In this document: positions 38,081 through 51,452 of the stretch, one piece after another | Numbering within the stretch: the first letter of the stretch is position 1 | Layout: each line of letters opens with the position of its first letter | Assembly (NCBI RefSeq): GCF_006345805.1 | Contig: NC_043005.1 | Location: 50,034,001 to 50,098,000 of the forward strand | Direction: 5' to 3' | From: Octopus sinensis | Taxonomy: Eukaryota | DNA length: 64,000 nt | Translations under genes and position numbers: made by a program | Notes under the pieces: model-generated | Told to the model about the DNA's origin: nothing | Databases searched by the model: none | The model's input: the letters and a program-made list of their open reading frames with translations, nothing else

Positions 38081-38785
38081 AATACTAATAATTATGATGA
38101 TGATGACAATGATAATGATAATGCTGATGGTGATGATAACAATAGAACAATCATCAAACACAACATACACTTGATGCAATAAGCACTTAATAATCTAAAA
38201 CAATACAACTCCTGCAACATATATTATACAAGATGAAAATTCTATAAAATAGCACAACTTACATTACTCACACCACACACAATGGAACAAGCACTCATAT
38301 AACATGAACCAAGTCCTCAAAAAATATCCTCACTAATACAGTACACCAACAGGAGGAATCTAAACTCTATTCTCCTCCGTGCAATATTCACAGAATTAAG
38401 AACACATTACTGCACACACTTCAGGAACACAGAGGGACACCAGGAAGTACTATAGAAATTTGCATGGAATTGCTGAAGAAAAAAAAAATAATGCTACTTT
38501 CTTTTCCTGACTGCAAGAGTTCAAGACATTGACAGTACTATGACATAATACAAAAGAAAAGAAATAAAGTGTGGAGAAATTACACCAAGAAAATATGTGA
38601 AGTCGACAAACTTGTATTGATGATTTTTGGTAGAGGAACTAAAACCATTAATCATCATCATTTAATGTCCACTTATACATGCCTGCTTAGGTCAAATGGG
38701 ACTTGTTGAGGTAGGTTTTCTATGACTTGATGTCAATCCTGTTGCCAACTCACACCTGTTTCCAAGCCAGGTAATATTTTCCTAT

Positions 38786-38995
38786 ACTCTTTTACTCTTT
38801 TACTTGTTTCAGTCATTTGACTGCAGCCATGCTGGAGCACCACCTTTAGTCGAGCAAATCGACCCCGGGACTTATTCTTTATAAGCCCAGTACTTATTCT
38901 ATCGGTCTCTTTTGCCGAACCGCTAAGTAATGGGGACGTAAACACACCAGCATCAGTTGTCAAGCAATGCTGGGGGGACAAACACAGACACACAA

Positions 38996-39051
<56 letters not shown>

Positions 39052-39213
39052 GACAGGCTTCTTTCAGTTTCCGTCTACCAAATCCACTCACAAGGCATTG
39101 GTCGGCCCGAGGCTATAGCAGAAGACACTTGCCCAAGATGCCACGCAGTGAGACTGAACCCGGAACCATGTGGTTGGTTAGCAAGCTACTTACCACACAG
39201 CCACGTCTGCGCC
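38786..39213 (-). mobile_element. SINE family A, full length
   Basis: Reverse complement of the 57389 copy. Others at 16327-16740, 17751-18166 and 40151-40585. Confidence 0.9.
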
Positions 39214-40371
39214 TATAGCTAATCATGTTTTTTAAATGGAAGACTGGAAACAAACATAGAAATTCCCACCAACAGATTCATTTAGTAACACATAAATAGA
39301 CATATGGACAGACATCTGGGAAAACACATGACGCCCATGGACTATTGTCCATGGGAAGGGATGAGGATACTCAGAGAGAGTTCTATGAAACATGTGGAGA
39401 AATACCAAAAGGAATGCATCAAGAGACATGGAAAGAAGCATGGAAATACATGGAGTAATTTTTATAGGAACATGCCAGGAGACTCATGGGGAGATCTTTA
39501 GCAACACAGAGAGTGACAGTTGGAAAGTTTACATGGAGAGAATCACACAAACATGGGAACACAAAGGAAGACACATGAGAATGAGAGATACATAAAAGAA
39601 CATGTAGAGAGAGACAAATGAAGTTTACATATGAAAATTTGTTTTGAGCTGAATTGTTATATATGTAGAAATCAATGTGGAAACATGTGGCAAAGAAGAG
39701 TCTCATGTCAAAACTAATATGTTGTCATAAAAGTTTAGAATGATAAGCATTATTCTTGCCAAAATGCGTCTTCTAAAATAGTCTTGTCTGCCAGTAGACA
39801 TATTAAACTAAACTGTCATTAAAATCAGGATTAACTTGGTTGAATATAATATTTGTTCTGAGAGAAAACAAATAACATCTTCATTTTCATAATTTGACTG
39901 GCATTCCAGCTGTGTCCATTCCACCTTTTCTATTTTTACCATAAAATTGTTAGAGAGTCGGGTAAAGTATCTGCAGTATTTAGTTATGTGTGCTTACTTT
40001 CAGAGTTCAAATCTCACCAAATCTGCCTTTCATTCTTTCAGGATTGGTCAGTTAAATGCTGGTAGTGTTTTGATATTCTTGACCCATATGGTGGTAAACT
40101 AGTGGAATTGTTAACACACTGGGCAAAATGCTTAGTGGTGTTTCATCTCTCTTTTACTCTTTTACTTGTTTCAGTCATTTGACTGTGGCCATGCTGGAGC
40201 ACTGCCTTTAGTCGAGCAAATCAACCCCAGGACTTATTCTTTGTAAGCCTAGTACTTATTCTATCGGTCTCTTTTGCCGAACTGCTAAGTTACAGGGACG
40301 TAAACACACCAGCATTGGTTGTCAAGCGATGTTGGGGGGACAAATACAGACTTAAAAACATACACACATAC

Positions 40372-40427
<56 letters not shown>

Positions 40428-40867
40428 GTATATATGATGGGCTTCTTTTAGTTTCCATCTAACAAATCCACTTTGGTCGGCCCGAGGTTATAGTGGAAGA
40501 CACTTGCCCAAGGTGCCACACACTGGGACTGAACCTGGAACCATGTGGTTGGTAAGCAAGCTACTTACAACACAGCCACTCCTGTCCAGGTTCTGATTTC
40601 AAATTCTGTTGAGGTCGACTTTGCCTTTCATCCTTTCAGGGTCGATAGAATAAATATCAGTTGAATTGATGTAACTGACTTGTCCCCTTCCTGAAATTGC
40701 TAGCCTTGTGCCAAAATCTGAAACCAATATTCTTATTTTACAAAGCATGCATGGGCAACATTTTTTAAGAAGCAGGCTGCATGAGACATGAATCGTCATC
40801 AAATGGGCTGCACTGCTAAAAAGAGTCCAAGGTGTGCCATTTAGAAAGTCCCACAGGCCACAATGTG

Positions 40868-41345
40868 GAGGCATATGGCTTAGTGGTTAGAGTGTTGGAC
40901 TCATAATTGTAACATTGTGGGTTCATCTCCTGGACCAGGAAATGTATTGTGTTCTTGAGCAAAACACTTCACTACACATTGCTCCAGTCCACTCAGCTGA
41001 CAAAAATGAGTAATCTTGCAACAAACCGGTGTCTTATCCAAGTAGGGAATTTATACGCCATGCCATGAAACCAAGAAACCAGCCCCTATGAGTCAGCATG
41101 ACTCGAGAAGGTAAATTTACCTTTTGTGGTAGGGTGTAGCTTATTGGTTAGAGTGCTTGACTCATGATTGTGGTTTTGATTCCTAGACCAGGTGATGTGT
41201 TGTGTTCTTGAGCAAAAGACTTCATTTCACGTTACTCTAGTCCACTCAGCTGGCAAAAAATGAGTAACCCTGCAATGCTATGAAATCAGGAAACTGGCCC
41301 CTATGAGTCAGCAAGACTCAAGAAGATAACTTTATCTTTTATCTA
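40868..41345 (+). mobile_element. Two head-to-tail copies of tRNA-headed SINE family C
   Basis: TGGCTTAGTGGTTAGAGTGTTGGACTC...GTGTTCTTGAGCAAAACACTTC...CCACTCAGCTG occurs twice. Other copies: 13253-13505 (+), 6451-6668 (-), 26575-26825 (-), 56815-57050 (-). Confidence 0.85.
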
Positions 41346-41689
41346 ACAGGCCACAATTTGCCCATGATTGCTATAATGAATAAAGTGAATGGAATTATAA
41401 TAGGAGAATAAGAATATCTGGAACTAAATTTAACCATTGTATTCTTGGATTTTCTAAATATATCTTATTGATCTTTTACTTGTTTCAGTCATTAGACTGT
41501 GACCATGCTGGGGCACTGCTTTGAAGAATATTAGTTGAACAAATCAACCATGGTACCTTTTTATTTTTAAAGCTTGGTAACTTATTCTATGGGTATCATT
41601 TACTGAACTGCTAAGTTACTGGGACTTAAACACACCAACACCAGTTGTCAAGAGATAGTGGAGGACATACACAGACGCACACACACACA

Positions 41690-41729
<40 letters not shown>

Positions 41730-41850
41730 GAAAATATAATTTTTCACCAGTAATATAAATCTACAATTCTCCCACCTGTAACTAGTTTGATAAGAGTGAA
41801 TGCAAGAAACTTTAGGCACTTGAATCACTCTGTTGCTTCAACTAAATATT

Positions 41851-42080
41851 TATTTCTTTACTACCCACAAGGAGCTAAACACAGAGGGGACAAACAAGAA
41901 CAGACAAAGGGATTAAGTCGATTACATCGACCCCAGTGCGTAACTGGTACTTAATTTATTGACCCCGAAAGGATGAAAGGCAAAGTCGACCTCGGAGGAC
42001 TTTGAACTCGGAACGTAACGACAGATGAAATACGGCTACGCATTTCGCCCGGCGCGTTAAAGTTTCTGCCAGCTCGCCGC
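41851..42080 (-). mobile_element. tRNA-headed SINE family B, full length with TSD
   Basis: CTTCAACTAAATATT is duplicated at 41836-41850 and 42080-42094. Head GCGGCGAGCTGGCAGAAAC...GAGTTCAAA. Confidence 0.92.
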
Positions 42081-42416
42081 TTCAACTAAATATTGATGAA
42101 TACACACACACGCGCACACACACCACACACACATATATAAATGTATGGGTTTTCAACTCTTATTTTTAAACAATATAGGTGCTACCTGGCACCCTTAGTC
42201 GTCATTAGTGACAATTCAAGTTTTCCTTTTTGGTTTTATATTGCGTATAACTGCCTTTGTTATATATATATATATATATGTATACACATACACACACACA
42301 ACAGGTTTTCATTCAGTTTCTGTCAACCAAAACCACTTACAAGGCTTTGACCAGCCTGTGGCTATAGTAGAAGACACTTGCCCAAAGTGCCAAACAGTGG
42401 GATTGGAATCATCACT

Positions 42417-42640
42417 CTGAAAGCAAGGATTATGGCAGCATTCACCAACTTAAACAAGGAGACTGTCCAGAAGAGTTGCAGGAGATTCTGAAATCATGTG
42501 GACACCGTAGTTGAAGGCAAAGGCGATTTTATTGAATAAATTTACACTTTAGCATTTCAGGATATTTTAATGTAATTTTGGTAAATATATGTTAAAATGA
42601 GATGTCAGTGTAATTTTCATTTTTGTGTAATTTCGATGTA
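42417..42640 (+). mobile_element. maT-like transposase C-terminus and 3' flank
   Basis: LKARIMAAFTNLNKETVQKSCRRF*NHVDTVVEGKGDFIE* at 42417-42539. Confidence 0.75.
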
Positions 42641-42652
42641 TATATATATATA

Positions 42653-42885
42653 TAGGGTAGCCCCAAAGTAGGTTTACAGTTATCACATAGGCACTTTAAA
42701 CTTTTATAACATTTTATTATATTTAAATTTCTATCTTAGAAACTGAAAAGGGAGCTTGACAAAATTAACTAAATTAGCATAGAATAATGGTTTCATAAAT
42801 TTTTTTATAATTAGGACCTAAACTTTTAATAAATGATTGCGAAAGAGATAGTTGAATAACTGTAGACCTACTTTGGGCCACCCTG
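42653..42885. mobile_element. Tc1/mariner MITE in a (TA)n run
   Basis: About 30-bp TIR (C/T)AGGGT(G/A)GCCCAAAGTAGGT(C/T)TACAGTTAT; TA flanks. Confidence 0.85.
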
Positions 42886-42937
42886 TATATATATATGCAT
42901 ATATATATGTATATATATATATGCATATATATATATG

Positions 42938-43023
<86 letters not shown>

Positions 43024-43075
43024 TATATATATGCATATATATATTATATATATATGCATACATATTAATATATAT
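42886..43075. repeat. Long (TA)n-type microsatellite (representative of dozens)
   Basis: Other long arrays: (TA) 8280-8349 and 9712-9885; (CA/TG) 22079-22172; (ATAG) 26368-26425; (TATG) 43750-43928; (GAT/GGT) 11505-11700. Confidence 0.95.
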
Positions 43076-43643
43076 ATGTGTGTGTGTGTGTGCATTAATA
43101 TTAATACACACACATATATGTATACATACCTAACTATATTAAAAGATAATAAATCAAATGGAACGCACCTGGTATATATATATATATGCACACACACATA
43201 TTTATATACATTCATATATCTATGTGTGTGTGTGTGTTGGGTGTGAAATCACTTGCTTTATAGGTTTGTATACGTTAGTACATTCAACATGAACTGCATA
43301 AAGGACTCAATACTGGAGTACCGACTTCACTCAAAATATTATTTACCATCAATGGAGACTGTCTACTTTGATGTTCTGCTGATACTAACTTCTCAAAACC
43401 GTGTTCAGTAAGAAGAACTGCCAATTTAATTGAACATAATACACCACCAACTTGATTCCACACAAGATATAAAGCGTTCCTCCCTTCTTCCCCCCACCAC
43501 TCATGTATTTATGTTCTACTTACATCTGTTTGATTTTGTTCTTGTGATCTTTATTCTTTAATTCTTCACTTTACTTCTTCAATTGATTGCCATTATTTTG
43601 TATGTGTATATATAGAAAAATATTTCAAATACATATGGGTCTG

Positions 43644-43678
<35 letters not shown>

Positions 43679-43765
43679 CTCTTTCTCTCTCTCTCTCTAT
43701 TTATCTATCTATCTCTTTCTCTCTCTCTCTTTTTATGTATGCACGCATGCCTGTATGTATGTATG

Positions 43766-43799
<34 letters not shown>

Positions 43800-43831
43800 T
43801 GTATGTATGTATGTATGTATGTATGTATGCC

Positions 43832-43884
<53 letters not shown>

Positions 43885-45120
43885 GTATGTATGTATGTAT
43901 GTAAGTATGTATGTATGTATGTATGTATGAATCTCTTTTTCTGTCTCTGTCTGTCTCTCTGTCTCTCTTTGTCACTGTCTATCTGCCAGCCTGTCACTGT
44001 ATATATAGATGTATATACATATACATATTTAGAAAATATATGCATATATGCACACACATACATACACACACACACAGATACATGTTTGTGTGTGTGTGTG
44101 TGTGCATGTATTTTTTCGTCTAAGTATTCATATATATTTGTAAATAATATGTATTTCTATAAATCGTATATTTATACAGATGCTTTTTATGTTTCTAGAT
44201 GTTTGTGTACACTTTTGTAAGAACAGGATTTTTTTTTTTTTAAAGACAACATCAGACTTGTAAGACTTGACATTATGTTCTAAATTACTATTAACTAGTG
44301 AACTCATACCATAAAAAATGATGACAGCTTTATTAATTATAGACAATGTGTCACATTATGAAAAAGAAAAGTTTCTTTTCACTATCATGTTTGTTACTAA
44401 TACATATACATTGTATATATCACATGGCTTATTTTTAAAAACAAAAAGGAAAAGCCAGCTAATACAAACAAAATGCCAAAAGTGCTTACATTCATATAGA
44501 TATATATATATAAATGAAGAAATAAATAGACACACGCACAGATATATATATATATATATAGGTGTGGGAGTGGGTGTGTGGTAAGTAGATTGTTTACCAA
44601 CCACATGGTTCTGGGTTCAGTCCCACTGCATGGTGTCTTGGGCAAGTGTCTTCTACTATAGCCTCGTGATGGAAACTGAAAGAAGCCTATTGTATATATG
44701 TATATATATGTGTGTGTGTATGTTTGTGTGTCTGTCCGCCTAGCATTGCTTGACAACCAATGCTGGTGTGTTTATGTCCTTGTCAATTAGCGGTTCGGCA
44801 AAAGAGACCAATAGAATAAGGCTTACAAAGAATAAGTCCTGGGGTTGATTTGCTTGACTAAAGGCAGTGCTCCAGTATGGCCACAGTCTGAAACAAGTAA
44901 AGGAGAGTAAAGATTCTATATCTGTGTGTGTGTGTGTGTGTGTGCGTGCGTGCGTGCATGCAGGCATAGCTATGCATAGATACAGATGCAGTCGTGTGCA
45001 TAAGAAGTCTGCTTCCAAACTACATGGTTTGGGGTTCAGTCCCACTGCATGGCACCTTGAACAAAAGTTTTCTACTATAGACTGTCCAAAGCCTTGTGAG
45101 TGGATTTCGTAGTCTAAAAG

Positions 45121-45500
45121 AGGATCAGTGATTATTTAGCCTGGCCTTAAATGGACCCACTGTTGCCCTAGTATATTGTGTTGTGGTATGACACCACCAT
45201 TGCTTTGTAGATCCTAGCCTCTGTGTTACATTGACCATTTACTGGGTGGTCACTGTTAACCCTACATGGCCTTGGGGCATTCACAAATATTTGTTTGATG
45301 CTAGGCACATGGCTGATCAAGATCTTTTAGTTATGCCTATTGAATAGTCTTCTATACATATGGTCCTTTGTAAAATGCTTATCCACTAATCTAAAGGAAG
45401 CCCAGCCAATGCAGCTTTTCACATTAGGTGAAACATGTAGAACAAACCAGAGCACTTTATGGTGGCACTTTCTCTTGTGGCCCAATCTTCTAAGTTCTCT
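45121..45500 (-). mobile_element. Penelope-like element fragment (RT-endonuclease linker and N-terminal GIY-YIG), decayed
   Basis: Minus strand: KVLWFVLHVSPNVKSCIGWASFRLVDKHFTKDHMYRRLFNRHN*KIL...CRVNSDHPVNGQCNTEARIYKAMVVS...IY/(frameshift)ATVGPFKARLNNH. This fits the PLE motifs WF.P..S.NV..NIG..F..L.DKHF...H...FNR, C...P..G.C and Y.G.T...FK.R..NH. Confidence 0.75.
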
Positions 45501-45637
45501 TACAGAGTTTAGAAATCTGAGAGGGAATTATGTTGAATAAAATCATGACTAACTGATCCTCTTGCATTTTCTTTTACCCAGTGCCAGGAACTTTTCAGCA
45601 CTCTCTTGTACACACACACACAGGTATTCGTTTAGAG

Positions 45638-45928
45638 CAGTGGTTCCCAAAGTGGGTGGTGGAAAGTTCCAAGGGGGCATTGAAGAAAAATGGGGTGATA
45701 ATAGGGTAGTGATTCATGTAAAAAGTGGGGCAATAATGGGATAGCGTTTCATGTAAAAACAGCAAAATAATGGGTTCATTAGGCTAAGTTTATTTGTGAA
45801 ATACTGTTACTTTGAATTTGCTTCAGAAAGAGGTCTATGTTTGTGATGGTTAGTTGGGGCGGGGGAGCCAGGTATGTGGCCTGGGTGTCAAGGGGGCGGC
45901 AACCTGAAAACGATTTGGGGAATCCCTG
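45638..45928. mobile_element. hAT-type MITE
   Basis: Perfect 8-bp TSD GTTTAGAG on both sides. TIR CAGTGGTTCCCAAA / TTTGGGGAATCCCTG. Confidence 0.88.
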
Positions 45929-46959
45929 GTTTAGAGTATCTTTATATCTCTTTCTCATTTGGTATTTAGAAGCTGTCTCCAGTTCTTGAATAGCAAAAAC
46001 AATAGCATTCTAGGTGAGATAGGATGTACTTATAGGCAGTTCCATGAGAAGCTACAATTCCCGTCAATGTTGGTAGCATTTTTTAACTAGTAGCCCGTGT
46101 ATCCATACATATAACTTTCTGTTGGTCTGATAAATATTTCTCATCAAATCTCTGTCTGCCTACATGTGTGTGTATGCACGTATGTGTGTATGCAGTTATG
46201 TGTATGTATGCATGTGTATATATATATGTATGTATGTCTATGAAATTCACACATACACATGAAACACTAGTTGGTTCTGGAATATAGAAGAAATCACTGG
46301 TCCAAGGAGCTGTGTAGTGGGACTGAACTTAAAACCACAAGGTAGTGATATGAACTTCTTAATCACTGAGCCATACATGCATAGGCACACTCACAAATAT
46401 ATACTCATACATACACACAGTGTTAGATTTAGGACAAATGAAGCCCTGTGCTAATTAAGTTATGAGTGCCCTTACTCAGACAGGGCCCCGTTATGAGGCC
46501 CTGGTTAATAGGGTCCTATGCTTAAACACACCTAAGCACATTGGTAATTCTGGCACTGTACACATATATACACACACACATGTGCATGCATGCACACACA
46601 CACACACAAACACACACACACCACACACAAACACATACATGCAAACACGCACACACACATAACTCATCGACACACACATAAACACGTGCATGCACACACT
46701 TATACATGCATGTCCATCTACTTGACAAACTCTTGCAAAATGAATTTTTTTAAATGAGGGGATTTTAACCCAAACATAAAGAATTTAACTAAATACCACA
46801 AGGCATTTTAACCATCCCAACTACTGACTGTGTCCTTGCTCTTCTATAAAGTTACTAATTTGCTTATCATCTTCTGAGTTCAAATCCTGATGGATCTGAG
46901 TTTGTATTTTCTCTCTCTCTCTCTCTCTTGGTTTATATCAAGAAAATAATTTCCATACC

Positions 46960-47650
46960 ATGAAACACATGGAAGTGAGAAACCCAGTAAGACATGGGAT
47001 GAAGTACTGAAGAACAACTTCAGGGAGCTGAACCTTTCAAGTGAGATGACAAAGGACCAAGATTCCTGGTGCCTGGCCATACTCAAGAAGATTTGTGCCC
47101 ATCAGCAAAAGTGTTAAGACCGATCCTTCTGGTAGTGTAAAGCATTCATGATGGTACCACATAAAAGCACCCATGTGGTGTCATGTAAAAGTACCTGTGT
47201 GCTGACATATAAAAGCATCCATGTAATGTCATGTAAAAATGTCCATGTGGTGCCACATGTGGTGCTATGTAAAAGTGCCTTTGTGGGATCACATAAAAGC
47301 ACTTGTGCGAGGTGCCACATAAAAGCACCCATGTGGTGTCATGTGGGCTGGCATATAAAAGCATCCATGTAATGTCATGTAAAAATGCCCATGTGGTGCC
47401 GCATGTGGTGCCTGTGTGATGCTATTTAAAAGTGCCTTTGTGACATCACATAAAAGCACTTGTGCGGGTGCCACATAGAAGCACCCAGTGCATTCTGTAA
47501 AGTGGTTGGTATTAGGAAGGCTATCCAGCCATAGAAACCATGCCAAATCAGACTGGAATCTGGTGCAGACCCCACCTAGTTTGCCAGTTCTGATCACACC
47601 GTCCCACCCATGCCAGCATGGAGAATGGATGTTAAATGATGATGATGATT
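46960..47650 (+). mobile_element. RTE 3' end with expanded UTR minisatellite
   Basis: KPSKTWDEVLKNNFRELNL, about 340 bp of CATGTAAAAGCACC-type units, standard terminus and GAT tail. Confidence 0.85.
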
Positions 47651-48343
47651 ATACTACATAAATTTTTGATTTATTGAGATAATCTTTGGTTCCAGATGAT
47701 GCATCATAATTACCAAATGACAATTAAAACCAGCTTGATTCAAAATGAAAAGTTAATCTCAGGTGGAGTTCATCTTAATTACTGTCTGTTAATTATAATG
47801 CAACCTCTAGAGGTGGAAATAGTTTTAATAAATCAAGTCTTTTTGTTTTTCAGCATTTAAACCAGCCGTATCTGGCCAAAATGTCTTATTTGTTTTATGT
47901 TCAAACAGGCCAGATCCAGCCTCTCACACCTACTTTACAATGTCAGTCTAAATATAAACAATCGGATCATCAAAATCGCAAAGCTACAAGATCATATATG
48001 ATTAATTCAAAATAATGTGAATAAATAAGCATTACATTGGGTAGAAAAATCCAAATGCTAAAGGGTTAATATACCAGTAATTATTTGTTATTCAAATACA
48101 TGCATTATTCAAATACATGCCACTAATCACTTCAAGTTATTTCTCTTAGCTCATTTTTGTATATATAAATATAAGAACATCTCTATCTTTACTCTTTTAC
48201 TCTTTTTCTTGTTTCAGTCATTTGACTGTGGCCATCCTGGAGCACCGCCTTTAGTAGAGCAAATTGACCCTAGGACTTATTCTTTGTTAGCCTAGTACTT
48301 ATTCTATAGGTCTCTTTTGCCGAACCGCTAAGTCACGGGGATA

Positions 48344-48565
48344 CAGTGTACATTTAAACACATGAGAGATGGCCATAATAAGCCAGCTGACTCGCTAGAA
48401 AGTGTAGTTAAACTACAAACCACTGATAGTTGTAATTCTGAAAGGGAATGAAAAACAAAACTTATTTTTCATTCTCTTTCAAAATTACAACTATTAGTGG
48501 TTTGTAGTTTCTAGCAACTCAGATGTCCTCTTATGGCCATCTCTTATGTGTTTAAATGTACACTG
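48344..48565. mobile_element. Fold-back MITE with TA TSD, inserted into a SINE
   Basis: TA|CAGTGTACATTTAAACACA...TGTGTTTAAATGTACACTG|TA. Inverted over nearly its whole length. Confidence 0.85.
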
Positions 48566-50191
48566 TATTTATGTATATATATACATACATATTTCATCGT
48601 GATAATTACATCATAATATGCATTTAAAAGCTTCTATACAGTTATCGGTTACTATATGCCATCATACAGTAGGGTTATTCCTTAAGCTGGTTATGCATGT
48701 AGAACTTTGTTAGTATATAGAATTTGTGTAAAAAATTATACAAGATGGAAAGAAACAGGCTTTAATTACAAATTACAACATTTGTTTCTGTGCGGTGGTA
48801 ACAGCATTACTATTATATTAATTATTTTACAAATAATTACATAAAATAATTTCATAACTAAATAAAATTCAGCAGCAGCTGTGTGCCAGCACTTCATTTG
48901 CTTTAAAAGCACTACTGGATCATGTTCAATTTTCTTCTTTTTAGATATTGATGATGATGATGATGATGGCGATGATATTTATAGAGGTGTAGGTGTGGCT
49001 GTGTGGTAAGAAGCTTGCTTCTCAACCGCATGGGTCCAGGTTCAGTCCAACTGTGTGGCACCTTGGGCAAATGTCTTTTTCTATAGCCTCAGGCTGACCA
49101 AAGCCTTGTGAGCGGATTTGGGAGATGGAAACTGAAAGAAGCCTGTCGTATATACATATGTGTGTGTGTGTGTGTTTGTGTGTGTATGTGTGTGTGTGCA
49201 TATATTTATGTGTGCATGTCTTTGTGTCTATGTTTGTCCCCCATCATTGCTTGGCAACCGATGTTGTTGTGTTTATGTCCCCATAACTTAGTAATTCAGC
49301 AAAAGAGACTGACAGAATAAGTACTAGGCTTACAAAGAATAAGTCCTGGGGGTAGATTTCTTTGACTAAAAAACTCTTTAAGGCAATGCTCCAGCATGGC
49401 TGCAGTCAAATGATTGAAACAAGTAAAAGAATAAAATAATATGTATGATGTGCTTCCATCCAGTTTCCACAACCAAATTCACTAAAAAAGTTGAAGACAC
49501 TTGCTCAAGGTACTGTGCAGTGGGACTGAACCCAAAACTATGTGGCTGCACATCAAGCATGAAATATTACTCAACACATCATTTTCCAACTCTATTAATT
49601 TGTGGTCACAGATATTGCTGTTATTGTTGTTCCTATGTCAATCCTCATCAAGCAATTCCTTTGTCTTTTTTTTTTTCATCCTAAGATGTGAAATAACTGA
49701 ACTCCTGCTGCTGTTTCTAGGAGATCAAGTAACCATATAGAGGAGATCTCCTTCAGAACTGGTATCAAAATATGTGTGGTCATATGCTTAAATTAGAAAT
49801 CAATAACAGCTTCACTTCACTGGTTACTTGCAAGAGCTGTGCGATAAATTGTTTTCCAATACATGATATGACACTGATCATATGCTATCTTCATAGTGTT
49901 ATCACAGGCGATCTTCACAGTTTGATGGGAATAGATGTGTGATAAAGTGTATGCAATGCTTCAGACTGATAATTCACTTTATCTTTGCAGCATACTCGGA
50001 AGTAAATTGAAATATAGAAATTTGAAATATGTTACATACACACATGCACGTGTGTGTATGTATGTATGTGTGTATATGTAAATATGTAAATATATATATA
50101 TATGTGTGTGTATATCTATATCTCTCTATCTATATATATATATATATATACATACACACACATATATATAAATATATACATACACACACAC

Positions 50192-50244
<53 letters not shown>

Positions 50245-50248
50245 CATA

Positions 50249-50632
50249 CATGGTGCGATGGGTAGATTGTTGCTATTTTATATTGTTAATTTCATGCATG
50301 CACATTGTTTGTTTTTGATTTTGCCGATTACGCAGTATAGTAGGGTCAGTTGGATACTGTCTAAGAAATTCAGCACCATGATATAATTTACTCTACCAGA
50401 AATCTGGAAACGACATACAGTATGGCTTAGCATTCATGCTGGAAGCTCCAATATGAACAGATGGTGAACACACAGAACAACTTTTGCCTTGCCGTGTCCC
50501 CAAAACATGTACCGAGAGTGATAAGAATTAAACATCCAGTCAACATCACGGTGTTTGGAGTGATCACTAGTGATGGCAATGTTGTGCCTCCATTTATCAT
50601 TCCACATGACCTCAGATTCAACATGGAGACCC
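50249..50632 (+). mobile_element. maT (DD37D)-like transposon left end with internal deletion
   Basis: TA|CATGGTGCG terminus. NTQNNFCLAVSPKHVPRVIRIKHPVNITVFGVITSDGNVVPPFI resembles the maT catalytic region. Confidence 0.7.
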
Positions 50633-50808
50633 ACATCATATATATATTTATATAGACACACATGTATATATACATGCAAATATACATAACACAGATACAT
50701 ATATATAAATACATTTATATAAAAATATACATGTATGTATATGCATATATCTATATATATCTGTATATCTATATATATATATATATATATATAGGTATGT
50801 ATAAATAC

Positions 50809-50875
<67 letters not shown>

Positions 50876-51103
50876 TATATATGCATGTACTTATTGGCTT
50901 TTGGCCAAATTTGGAATTATTTTTAAATTGTTAGTGCTGTAAATATTTATCTATTACTCAATCACAACTGCTTTCTCATCTTCCTTACATCTCTTTCTCT
51001 CCTTCTTCTTCTTACTGTCTTATGCATTCTCTTACCTCATCATGTTTGTGTAGGTGTATATGTATGTGTATATATATATATGTATATGTATATGTGTGTG
51101 TAT

Positions 51104-51146
<43 letters not shown>

Positions 51147-51452
51147 CGTGTGTATGCGTGTGCATGTACAAATATTCTTTTCTACTCTAGGCACAAGGCC
51201 CGAAATTTTTGTGGGGGAGGTCAGTCGATTAGATTGATCCCCAGTACGCAACTGGTATTTAATTTATCGACGCCGAAAGGATGAATGGCAAAGTCGACCT
51301 CAGCGGAATTTGAACTCAGAATGTAGTGGTAGATGAAAAACATGTACAAATATTAACTGAAGAATACACACATACACATACATTGATATATGCCAACCCA
51401 TATACATACACAAATATACATATACATATGTGGATATTATATATATATATTA

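Noticed and set aside
39740-39860. Strong minus-strand acceptor ttatttgttttctctcag
   Set aside because: Stops in all frames and no good donor.
49733-49942. About 66-codon open frame in unique-looking sequence
   Set aside because: No recognisable motif or splice signals; within chance expectation.
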